From Macrostomum lignano (lineage: Eukaryota), in NCBI GenBank assembly GCA_002269645.1, contig NIVC01000240.1:186001-250000 (forward strand): a DNA stretch of 64,000 bases, in the 5' to 3' direction. Under the pieces are notes generated by a model, which searched no databases, was not told where the DNA came from, and was given only the letters and a program-made list of their open reading frames with translations. This document shows, one piece after another, positions 46,490 to 58,500 of the stretch (position 1 is its first letter; every line of letters starts with the position of its first letter). Position numbers and translations under genes: made by a program.

Positions 46490-47935
46490 CAGTGAACCAT
46501 GGGACATCCTAGACAACCAGATGGATCGGAAAGTGAACCATGGGACATCCTAGACAACCAGATGGATCGGACAGTGAACCATGGGACATCCTAGACAACC
46601 AGATGGATCGGACAGTGAACCATGGGACATCCTAGACAACCAGATGGATCGGACAGTGAACCATGGGACATCCTAGACAACCAGATGGATCGGACAGTGA
46701 ACCAAGGGACATCCTAGACAATCAGATGGATCGGACAGTAAACCAAGGGACATCATAGACAATCCGGAGTGGACAGTAAACCAAGGGACATCCTAGACAA
46801 TCCGGAGTGGACAGTAAACCAAGGGACATCCTAGACAATCCGGTGGAGTGGACAGTGAACCAAGGGACATCCTAGACAATCCGGAGTGGACAGTAAACCA
46901 AGGGACATCCTAGACAATCCGGTGGAGTGGACAGTGAACCAAGGGACATCCTAGACAATCCGGAGTGGACAGTAAACCAAGGGACATCCTAGACAATATG
47001 ACGGAGTGGACAGTGAACCAAGAGACACCATAAACAATCCGGAGTGGACAGTAAACCAAGGGACATCCTAGACAATCCGACGGAGTGGACAGTGAACCAA
47101 GGGACATCCTAGACAATCCGACGGAGTGGACAGTAAACCAAGGGACATCCTAGACAATATGACGGAGTGGACAGTAAACCAAGGGACATCCTAGACAATA
47201 TGACGGAGTGGACAGTAAACCAAGGGACATCCTAGACAATCCGGAGTGGACAGTAAACCAAGGGACATCCTAGACAATATGACGGAGTGGACAGTGAACC
47301 AAGAGACATCATAAACAATCCGGAGTGGACAGTAAACCAAGGGACATCCTAGACAATCCGACGGAGTGGACAGTGAACCAAGGGACATCCTAGACAATCC
47401 GGAGTGGACAGTAAACCAAGGGACATCCTAGACAATCCGGAGTGGACAGTGAACCAAGGGACATCCTAGACAATCCGGAGTGGACAGTGAACCAAGGGAC
47501 ATCCTAGACAATCCGATGGAGTGGACAGTAAACCAAGGGACATCCTAGACAATATGACGGAGTGGACAGTAAACCAAGGGACATCCTAGACAATCCGACG
47601 GAGTGGACAGTAAACCAAGGGACATCCTAGACAATCCGACGGAGTGGACAGTAAACCAAGGGACATCCTAGACAATATGACGGAGTGGACAGTAAACCAA
47701 GGGACATCCTAGACAATCCGACGGAGTGGACAGTAAACCAAGGGACATCCTAGACAATATGACGGAGTGGACAGTAAACCAAGGGACATCCTAGACAATA
47801 TGACGGAGTGGACAGTAAACCAAGGGACATCCTAGACAATATGACGGAGTGGACAGTAAACCAAGGGACATTCTAGACAATATGACGGAGTGGACAGTAA
47901 ACCAAGGGACATCCTAGACAATAGAATGGAGTGGA
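46490..47935. repeat. 38-41-bp minisatellite (GGACAGT(G/A)AACCAAGGGACATCCTAGACAATCCG(AC)GGAGT)n
   Basis: About 36 copies; the variant changes after ~46740. Confidence 0.95.
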
Positions 47936-49489
47936 CATTGAGATAAAAGATACGCTCAAATAGACACTAATTTGAGTAGATAGTGAACCAATGACCAATT
48001 CACCCCTGAGAAACACGGCAACAAGAACCAGCAGATTAACGAATATTTGCAAAGATCAATATTCGTAATTATGCAATTTACATCAATATTTTGATTAATT
48101 GCCTCGCATTATCCAGCTGTCTTACCCCAAACTCGGGCAGGATGCAGGAGTAGGTAAAATAGTCTCTGAACCTGTTAAAATTGATGTTGCCAATTAATCA
48201 AACAATGATTGACCAGACCGTTTGAAATTTCACTGGCTCGCTCGATGCGTCAAATTTCATTGGTAAGTCCAATGAATTAAATAGGGAATAAATCAGAACA
48301 AGGGCCAATGGATTGGAAGTTACACAACAAGGCAAATTTGTTCAGTCAGACTGCGAGCCGCATAAGCTTGGATTCTTTTGCTACAGCCTTTACTGTCACT
48401 CCTCCCTCCCTCCCCCCAAATACTTCTCCCCACAACAATTCCACTAGGACAGCCAACCAATAGCGAGGCAGAGGTTTCCAGCAGCGAGTAGCATTGTGCC
48501 GGCAAATTACCAGCTGGGCAGGAGAGGCAGGAGGGGCACCCGTCTACAGCCTCAGACACTGAAGAGGGACTTAAATTTAGTCGATTTTTCTATTAAAAAG
48601 AAAACAAACGAAAAAACTGATTGGAAATCAAAATAGATTGTTGCCCTGGGACTGTGCGATTTCCGACCTATAGCAATTTGCATTAGCAACTGCGAATACA
48701 AGGACAGTAAAACGATAGTAGAGACAGGTGGAGAGAGAGTTGGCAGCTGAATGTCAGCAAGTACAGTGTAGTATTTACCTGTCAGCCTCATCACCATATC
48801 CCATTAGCGATTTCGCGGTAAGGACAGCCCTTCTCTCTCCGTGTGCACACATACAATAAGCGATTGCTTGCGGGGAGGGGGCATTCCAGTCTCCCTCAAA
48901 GCTAAATGCCCCACAAATTTCAAAGGACGGGCGACACGACGCGCCCGTGTTTCAAGTTCCGGCTGCTATGTGGCCTGTGGGCTAATGCCAATGAATTTGC
49001 GAAAAGTCCTGCCGCATCAGCCACTCCCCCTCCCCATATAATGAAACTAGCCGTCAATGAATGGAATGCATCAGCACAAACACGTTGATGCGCCAGTAGT
49101 GTGTTGATGTGTGTTTAGCCGCATCCGTGTGCGCGGCAGCGATGCGAGCAAACATACGCTGCCAAGCTTCCGCTATTAAGGCATCGGCAGCAAGCAAAAA
49201 GTTACCAAACTGGATGTTGCCCCGGCCTCAGTGCTGGCTTCTCAACGCCATGCAACGGCTTTACCTAATAGCTAATAGCAAGGGCGATGCGCTGCAACGA
49301 CATACTTGATCATGTGCCGCGCCTTCATTCGACACCGCTTATGATTGAGTGCATGTACCAGCATTGTATCTATCTGGCTTTTAGTGAAGCTCATTGATCT
49401 TCTATTCAATTGCTGTTGGCTGGGATCATCAAGGTACTTCGCAGAGCAATGAGACCTTTGATAGAGCAGTTTTTTAGATCTAAGAAGAC

Positions 49490-50125
49490 AGAGCTTTGAG
49501 ATCTTCGACAGAGCTTTGAGATCTTCGACAGAGCTTTGAGATCTTCGACAGAGCTTTGAGATCTTCGACAGAGCTTTGAGATCTTCGACAGAGCTTTGAG
49601 ATCTTCGACAGAGCTTTGAGATCTTCGACAGAGCTTTGAGATCTTCGACAGAGCTTTGAGATCTTCGACAGAGCTTTGAGATCTTCGACAGAGCTTTGAG
49701 ATCTTCGACAGAGCTTTGAGATCTTCGACAGAGCTTTGAGATCTTCGACAGAGCTTTGAGATCTTCGACAGAGCTTTGAGATCTTCGACAGAGCTTTGAG
49801 ATCTTCGACAGAGCTTTGAGATCTTCGACAGAGCTTTGAGATCTTCGACAGAGCTTTGAGATCTTCGACAGAGCTTTGAGATCTTCGACAGAGCTTTGAG
49901 ATCTTCGACAGAGCTTTGAGATCTTCGACAGAGCTTTGAGATCTTCGACAGAGCTTTGAGATCTTCGACAGAGCTTTGAGATCTTCGACAGAGCTTTGAG
50001 ATCTTCGACAGAGCTTTGAGATCTTCCATAGAGTTTTGAGATCGTCGACAGAGCTTTGAGATCTTCAACAGATCTTTGAGATCCTTGATAGAGCTTTGAG
50101 CTCTTCGACAGAGCATTGAGATCAT
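49490..50125. repeat. 20-bp minisatellite (GAGCTTTGAGATCTTCGACA)n, nearly invariant
   Basis: About 26 identical consecutive copies plus degenerate edges. Confidence 0.98.
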
Positions 50126-52258
50126 AGAAAGTGCCTCGAAATACAAGTTTTCTTTTGTGTGGAACTATAAAGTCACATTTTGTATTTCCACTGCTTATAA
50201 AATAAGTCAATAACACCCACTCAATTCGCACGCGCATCTAATAATAAAATTTTACTTCAATAATGTAATGACAATGAACTTAGTTTCCCGTCTGTTTCTG
50301 TTCTCTGTAATAATATCCTCTTCTGTCCTTCTAACGCACTTCCTCAATTACTTTCACATCTGGTTAGGTTTATTCAGCAGTGCGCAAGCAGGCTCACCAT
50401 AGCCATCGGAAGCAGCAGCTAGCCGCTATCCCAGCAGCAGCAGCAGAAACCAGAAGCACTTAGAGAATAAATCCGCATCGAGCCCAGAGCTCTACATCTG
50501 CAGATAGGCCGGAGCAATAGCTCTTTAGCAACTGTTGGCAGTCAATGGTCGCAACAATCCAGAGTGAGAAAAACGTAGGACAGCCACCTGGGCCTCAGCG
50601 ACCTGGAAGCAGACGGTTTCGCTATGCGTATGAGTAGGAAAACCCTTGATAGTGACGCGTGAAACCAATCACCTTGATAGGTAGTCACGCCCGCATGGCA
50701 CATCATGTATAAGCAGCTTCAGCTGCTGATGGAGGACATAATGGGACATTAATAATTTTAAGCGCGGATAATTTTTGACGCCTATTTGAAGTAAAAATCA
50801 ATATCAGGCCGCTACCCACATAGTTTCAACATAGCCTATCCACATCGCAATTCTGCTAGACTGCATCTGCAACTCAATTGTTAAAACTGTTTTATAACCA
50901 CTGGGACTAGGTTTTGGCAGTTTATTTCCGGAACAGGGGCGGGGAGAAAGAGTTGCAGCTCATACCAAATTCCAATACACTGGCTGCAGGAGTGAGAAGA
51001 GAATCGGGAAAGAGAGAGAAAGTGGGACAATGCAGTTTTCTCTCTCTCGCTTCAAGTGCATCGCGGGCTGCGCTGGATAGGGGATGAGAGAAGGCGTAAA
51101 TTCTCCCACCTTTCCAAACCCCCGCCTCCCCAATCAGCTTGCTTTTTAATAGCCTGGCCACGCAGAGCCGGCGCGCCAAACTCGGCTGCCAAATTTACTA
51201 TTTTTATAGACGTGCCATTCATAAATTATCCAATAAAACAGACTCTAAATGCGGCTCGGCAGTGTAATGCAACCCTACTCAGTTGTGCAAGGTTCGAGAG
51301 GCCCAAAACTGAAAACTACTGCTCATATAAAAAATCTCACCTACCTGTCAATTTTTTCTGCATCTTTCACAAAACTTAGGCTAGAATTTTTGTTAGCACG
51401 CGATTTGTCTACTATTAGTAGCATTAGAAGGACTCTAGTAATAACACTAGCTAAAAGTAATGGTAGCAGTGAACCATCTTAAATTTCATGTTTTGGCAAA
51501 AAGGCCTAAAAGAAACTTCTAAAAGTACTTGAACTCTAGTTTCATAGTTGTGTTTTAGATTTTATAAATTAGTCAATTTGTTTACAAGTTAAAAGTTAAG
51601 GTCTCTGAAGCTGTCTATTAGTATTACAATATCAATTTTATTGTTGAAGTGATCAGAGCATTCCCTAGATAGGAAAATGAAAAGATACTTTACACTAAGG
51701 CTAGGAGCATAGAATTAACAACTCTGATATATGATCATTTGATTAATTTCAATGCTAATTATAAGCACCCAACTAAGATATTAATTTTTATTAGATGCAG
51801 ATTTGAAAATAATTAGATTTTAGAACCCTATAAATAATGCTTTATAGGCCTAGTCTAAATGTATAACTTATAAATAAGGGAACAATTTTGCAGCTTAAAG
51901 TTTTCTAGACTTTGTGTTAGCATGCATTGCTGCTTCTCTCTATTAATTTATTCAGTGTTGAAAGCTATATATTTTGTTTTCCTCTTGGGATATATTCATT
52001 AATTGAATGGACTAAACCTATTTGTCTATTGTACTAGATTGGATGGGGTAGGCTAGCAAGATTTATTATTATTATAGAGTGACAAAGCAAAAGCATGTAC
52101 ATTATTCAATTTAATAATGGTTTTTGATGAATTTAAATAATACTAATTTGACTATTTGATAGGATAGGTATAAGCCTTAAAGATGACTATTTGAATTAAA
52201 ATATATCTTGGCTTTAATAGTAAATGTTTGGTAATATCCTTTATTCCTTCAATGGATA

Positions 52259-53563
52259 CAAGGGGTGATCAAAAAGCTCTGCAACCTTTTGTTATAGCTT
52301 TTAGTTATGCATTTGTAGAATTGGCAAAAGCCAAAAATTTACACATATGCGGCTATATCTGTTTGCTATATTTATATGCATTTTGGCTTCCAAATATGCT
52401 CTAGTCAAAGCTCATAGCCATATATTTTCCATGTGTTTTCAGTAGCTGATGGAAACATCAAAAGACAGTTTTCGCTTCTATACCTTTATGTGCATGCAAC
52501 TTGGTTGCAAAGTGACTAAGATTCATACCAATCTGGTGAATATTTTAGCTGACTCTGCTTCATCATTTGACATGGTTGCCTGCTGGCTGCACCATTTCTT
52601 AGAAGGCTGGGACAGCTTCAACGATGAACCAAGGTCTGGCCAACCCTGGACATTTAAGATGTCATGGCCCATGCCAATGCAGGATTGGAGCATTACACTA
52701 AGATTCCTTGCCTATGAGCTTGGTGTCAGCTATGGAAGTGCTCATAACATCATGCATGAGCAACTGGGCCACACAAAGACCTATGCTTGGTGGGTACCCC
52801 ATCTTCTCACTCTGGAGCAGCAAGCAGAGAGGGTGCACATCTGTCACTTGTGGGTGCAAATGTTTGAGCCCAACGGCCCACGATGACTATCAGATGTCAT
52901 CACAGGAGACAAATGTTGGATCTCCTTTTTTACCATGAAGGATAAGCAGTCCAACATAGTCTGGCTTGCAGAAGATGAGCCAAGGCCTGAGGTTCTAAAG
53001 ACCAGATTCTGCAGTTGAAAGCAGATGTTCACCATTGTTTCAACTCTCAGGGTATTGTATTAGTGAACATCCTTCCAGTAGGTGTCACAGTGACTGTCAG
53101 GTTCTAAACAGACAGTTCTGCTACGCATGCTGCAGGAGTGGCAGGAACATGAGCAAACTAGGCATGGACCTCGACTCCTGCTGCACCATGACAATATGGC
53201 ATTACACAGAGCAGCATTAACCATGGTGTACCTGGAGCAGCAGGGGGGTCCGGCTGCTGCCCCATCTACCCTACTCTTTAGACCTAGCACCATGAAACTT
53301 TTGGCTATTCCCAAGGATCAAATCCATCATTTCTAGGAGGCCATTTTCATACATACAAGACCTTGCCTAAGTGGTACATTCAGCTCTATAGGTATACCAA
53401 CTTCAGAGTACCATGACTGCTTTTAGACATGGTGCATATGCATTGCAATGGTGCATATATAGTGGTAGAAAGTACTTTGAGGGAATGTGACATTGATTAG
53501 ATGCCGCGGCTGCTGTAACACTGAGTTGTGAAGTCACTTGCAGAACTTTTTGATCACCCCTCA
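52259..53563 (+). mobile_element. Full-length (1305 bp) decayed mariner DNA transposon
   Basis: TIRs CAAGGGGTGATCAAAAAGCTCTGCAA / TTGCAGAACTTTTTGATCACCCCTCA; TA on both flanks (52257-58, 53564-65). Confidence 0.95.
52449..53430 (+). pseudogene. Mariner transposase pseudogene with stops and frameshifts
   Basis: Motifs FNDEPRSGQP, WVPHLLT, ITGDKCW, LLLHHDNMALH and PYSLDLAP*NFWLFPRIK spread over different frames. Confidence 0.92.
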
Positions 53564-54260
53564 TATTAACCTTAACAAATGATACTGTCTAAGATAATTA
53601 ATCAGTTTTCTAGAACTATATTACTTCCAAGAAAGGTCCTTCAGCTTTATATTGAAATATCTTTTGATGTCTAAATCTTTAAATATTTCTATTCTTATCT
53701 TAAAACAATACAAAATCAACAAATAAAAATAACAACTTGAACAATAAAAATGTTGTTAAATTAATGATAATGAATTTATAAACCATTTATATCTTTAAAT
53801 AGTATTACTGTATATATATGCAACACCTTAAATTACAAAAAAGCCTACCCAAAAACACAGATATTATACTTATTAAATGAAAAGACATTTAGCCTTATTA
53901 ATATAGATATAAAACTTACTCAAACTATTTATCCAAAATTATATTAATTTATACATTTATTTTATAGATAAGTCACATTTTGGTCAAAAAGTAAATCAAA
54001 TGGCCAGTGTAAATTAGGACTAGGAGGTTGTGTATATATGATAGTACCCTATAAGTAAATTTGACATAATGTAAAATATAAATATTGTTTCAAGTTTAAA
54101 AAATATTTTTATCAAGCTTTATGCCACTTAGCATTTGGTCTAGGTGAGCCTAGTTAAATAAAGTAATATATAATAATATAAATAAACAGTAGGCCGAATG
54201 TCCTAGTTTCTTGTATTCAATTATTTTGACCTAATTTTTATTATTTTCAGCATAAATCAT

Positions 54261-54454
54261 CAGTAGCGCAACCAGAAATTTTTCAAGGGGGGGGGCGGAT
54301 TCTGAGGGTAAAGTCCCGGGAGGGGGGGGGGCGGCGGAGGGGTGGCTCTGTTTTTGGCGAAAATTCGCTTGGTCCCCCTTTGATTTTTTTTCGGTCCCCC
54401 GCCTAAGGGGGGGGGCGACCGCCCCCCCCTGCCCCCCCCCTGGTTGCGCCACTG
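54261..54454. mobile_element. hAT-type MITE (194 bp, GC-rich)
   Basis: TIRs CAGTAGCGCAACCAG / CTGGTTGCGCCACTG; perfect 8-bp TSD TAAATCAT (54253-60, 54455-62). Confidence 0.92.
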
Positions 54455-55502
54455 TAAATCATGCCTGTAAATATTGTATCTCTTGCCAATTTGTGGCCAT
54501 TGGCTGACCTCTATGACCTTGAGATCAGTCACCACAATCTGGTGCTATTAACAGTTGATGTTAATAGTTGAATTAACTATGCATTGGCTATAAGCAACTA
54601 ATCATCTAATAGCCAACTCATAGAATTGCAGCCACTGTCAGGAAGCTCTAGCTATGTAGTTTTAATGTCAGGGTGGAGCTGACTATAATGATAGATACAC
54701 CTGGTCTTGTCCTATCTTTTAAGACCTAAGACATGTTTTAAATCTTAATAAACTTGCTTTAATTTGTTTCTTTCAAATTTTAGGTTAAAATTTAATGTGG
54801 GAAACTAGGACATTGCCAAATAAACATAGGCCTACTATAACTGTACTGTATATTAATAAATCTTATAACTAGTATAGCCACTATAGTAGGCTATATTATA
54901 ACTTGTATATATGCCAATGGTCATTAAATTCTATTATAATTATAAGTTCTACTGAACTTTCATTACTATTGTTATTAGTATTTTTATATTTAATTAGTCC
55001 CATCCACATTTCCTTTGAGTTGTGAGTCTTGTGACTAGACATGACTCTTCTTTTAGCCCACCTGCCCTTGAGCCTTGGACTTGGTTGATATTTACTCCCT
55101 TTAGTTTTGCCAACTCACTCTTCCTTCTGTCATCTTTTTCTCTTAATTTTCAGTGGAAAAGCCACTTTCTCTGGTTTTTAGTTGGACTATCCTTTCTTTA
55201 AAAGGAAAGGTCTCAATTACATTTTTGACGAGTGGACAAATATGTTGCTAAGCATGCTAATACCTGCAACAATCGACAAGGAAGAAAAAGTATTAAATTG
55301 AGGATGTTAAATTAAATACAGAGTTGAGCTGATGCAGGGATTCCCCGAGCGATATTCAAGATCGATTTTCGGAAATAACAAAAATCTTTGCTTTTAAAGC
55401 ACCAAACGCTATGATTTTTTACAGAAAAAACATCACCCACGAGATAAACCGACTTGAAAAAAATTACGGCTACAGATAGAAAGGATTTTTTACAATTTGC
55501 AA

Positions 55503-56181
55503 AAAACTGATGTTCCTATCTCCGCAATGTATTAGATTGATATTCGATTTCGAGTACTTCTGCTTGCTCTCTGTCGCTGAAAATTGACATGCAGGACTTC
55601 ACCCAGACACTAAGCGATTATCATAACTCAAACCGAACTCAAAGCTTCATGCTCGAGAACTATTCGAGAAAAACTGATGTTCCTATCTCCGCAATGTATT
55701 AGATTGATATTCGATTTCGAGTACTTCTGCTTGCTCTCTGTCGCTGAAAATTGACATGCAGGACTTCACCCAGACACTAAGCGATTATCATAACTCAAAC
55801 CGAACTCAAAGCTTCATGCTCGAGAACTATTCGAGAAAAACTGATGTTCCTATCTCCGCAATGTATTAGATTGATATTCGATTTCGAGTACTTCTGCTTG
55901 CTCTCTGTCGCTGAAAATTGACATGCAGGACTTCACCCAGACACTAAGCGATTATCATAACTCAAACCGAACTCAAAGCTTCATACTCGAGAACTATTCG
56001 AGAAAAACTGATGTTCCTATCTCCGCAATGTATTAGATTGATATTCGATTTCGAGTACTTCTGCTTGCTCTCTGTCGCTGAAAATTGACATGCAGGACTT
56101 CACCCAGACACTAAGCGATTATCATAACTCAAACCGAACTCAAAGCTTCATGCTCGAGAACTATTCGAGAAAAACTGATGT
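55503..56181 (+). repeat. 167-bp tandem subrepeat, left arm (~4 copies)
   Basis: Anchor CTGATGTT at 55507, 55674, 55841, 56008 and 56175. Confidence 0.97.
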
Positions 56182-56687
56182 TTCTACATGTACATGTACA
56201 TGTATCTCCACAGTGCATTAGATTGGGATAATAATTTTGTTCATTTGTGTGAATATATAGTAAGATGTTTGCATGCATGATGTACATATATTGGCTGATT
56301 TACAATAATTTTTTAAAGATTCTCTACTAGTAAACACTGACTCATTGGGTTCAATCAGTTTAATTGATTTCATTAAGCCATGCAGCACTATTAAACTTTT
56401 TCGCGTTGTGTACACTGACCTGCCTACTTGGACTGTTCGTACAGTTTCAGCCGTGCAATCAAACATCGGTACACCCGTATTTTCTGCGCTGAAATACTTT
56501 TTGCACTGCACATTTGACTGATATATTTCTTCGGACAGGGCTGGATACAATTTTGCGTCAAATTGGACCCACTCAAAATCACTCTGTAGCTACTGATTTT
56601 GAAAATAAGCTTTGAAGAAAATTTGCTGCGTCTAATTATTAGTTTCACGAATTGTTTCAGGAATAGTTTCACGTTCACGAATGACAG

Positions 56688-58356
56688 GCTTCTTTGTTAG
56701 GTCATTTCTCTTCTTTGTATGTTGCTTACTGTTGGCTCAAAGTATTCCGCCAAAAGATGAGGTAAGCCACTTTTTGTCCCTGTGTCACATCTTAATCTTT
56801 GTGGCATAGTAGCCATTTGTAAATTTTATTTCATAGCTACGAAATGCCTCGAAATTTGGACGATTTACAGATCGATAGCGTTGTGACTGATGGAATAAAA
56901 AAGTTTGCAACGCCTCGTAGTTTTAAAGCTTCGGCTCCCATCTTCTGCTACATCGCAGAACGACTAAATTTGAGGAATACCATACGCAATCGAGCCATGA
57001 TGTTCCACTGGATTCGCAAAAGAACAAAAGAAAAAAATGAATTGGCCGGATTGACTGGAACTTTCTCTGAGGGCCGCATTCCTTTGATTAGTACTCCCCC
57101 TAGACCTTCTGAGGGTCACCCTCCTCCGGTTAGCACTCCCCCTAGACCTTCTGAGGGTCACCCTCCTCCGGTTAGCACTCCCCCTAGACCTTCTGAGGGT
57201 CACCCTCCTCCGGTTAGCACTCCCCCTAGACCTTCTGAGGGTCACCCCCTCCGGTTAGCACTCCCCCTAGACCTTCTGAGGGTCACCCTCCTCCGGTTAG
57301 CACTCCCCCTAGACCTTCTGAGGGTCACCCTCCTCCGGTTAGCACTCCCCCTAGACCTTCTGAGGGTCACCCTCCTCCGGTTAGCACTCCCCCTAGACCT
57401 TCTGAGGGTCACCCTCCTCCGGTTAGCACTCCCCCTAGACCTTCTGAGGGTCACCCTCCTCCGGTTAGCACTCCCCCTAGACCTTCTGAGGGTCACCTTC
57501 TGAGGGTGAGTTAAGCACGCAAGAAAATCTATTTAGCTATGTAATTTGATTTTGACGTTTCCCGAATTATTTCATTTTTAGGAAGTCCGTTTGATTTTGG
57601 TTCCCATGTTTACTGGAAGCCATTTTTACCTGGTAGCGATTAACGTATCAGCTAGAAATGTTTACCTCTTCGACTCCTCTACCAGTAATATCCGCCAGCA
57701 GAATGTGTTGCCCAGAATTGTAGAAAACTGGAAGTAAGAAGCTTTTCCTTTCAACCTTTGACTTCAGATAAGACAATTATGAATGTAAGGATACACATCC
57801 ATGTAAGCTTTTCCGAACACCAATTGTAGTGCTTTTCTACGTCTGGCACCAAAAGAAATCTACGAGTATTTTTCACTCAAAGAAAATACTACTTTTCGCA
57901 GTGGCAGCGCTCCACACACTAAGCAAGACGATTCTTTTAGTTGTGGTGCCTTCGTCTGCTTGTATGCCAGAAGCATAATTCTTGGTAGGGAGCTACAATA
58001 TCAGAAAGCAAGCAAAGACTTTCTTGAGAAAGTGCGTTGTTACATATGGAAAGTAATCAGTAACAACTCCGTCGATAGCAACCAAGGTTCTTGTGCAATT
58101 TGTCAAGCAGAAGAGCCGCCAAAAGCAGACGGTGCAGCAACAATTGATTGGGTGAGTTGTAAAATTCTTGTATGTATAAACACCTCTGTGCCAAATATCC
58201 ATACACATGTACTCACTTTACCTTTACTTCTTGTACATGCACTACTGGTAGATTGAGTGCTCATTCTGTCTTGACTGGATCCACTGCGTCTGTGCATCCA
58301 CAACGCAAGAAGAGGAAAACTTCTGCTGCTCGACCTGCATCAATTTACTCAGCTGA
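56688..58356 (+). CDS. Ulp1/SENP-family (C48) cysteine protease fused to a C-terminal PHD finger, 5'-partial; exons 56688-56761, 56837-57505 (1-nt deletion at ~57247), 57582-57733, 57830-58151, 58252-58356
   Basis: RNLDDLQIDSVV...FHWIRKRT; LILVPMFTGSHFYLVAIN...VYLFDS (His 57621, Asp 57672); KQDDSFSCGAFV (Gln 57924, Cys 57942, Qx5C). PHD: CAIC...IDW|IECSFCLDWIHCVC...FCCSTC (C4HC3). All introns are GT-AG and phase-compatible once the single missing base is restored. Confidence 0.85.
57066..57505 (+). repeat. 42-bp minisatellite inside the Ulp1 exon, encoding (EGHPPPVSTPPRPS)n
   Basis: About 10 units; one unit at ~57241 is 41 bp. Confidence 0.95.
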
Positions 58357-58500
58357 TCGATTACCATACAAGTCAATGGCCTAACTTTGTGCAGCATTAA
58401 ATATGCATGACTATTAGACTATAGTCTAATGATTTAATTAAATGATAAGATTAAAGAGCTAATTGAGTTTCATCTAAATTATAATTTATTCAGTGCAAAT

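Noticed and set aside
56218-56678. Minus-strand ORFs in the foldback core as a possible transposase remnant
   Set aside because: No DDE, FLYWCH/WRKY or SWIM motif recognisable; too short.
57734-57802. 34-nt intron (acceptor 57767) that would put a stop in the Ulp1 gene
   Set aside because: The downstream acceptor at 57829 gives an open, motif-consistent frame, so a nonsense lesion is not required.
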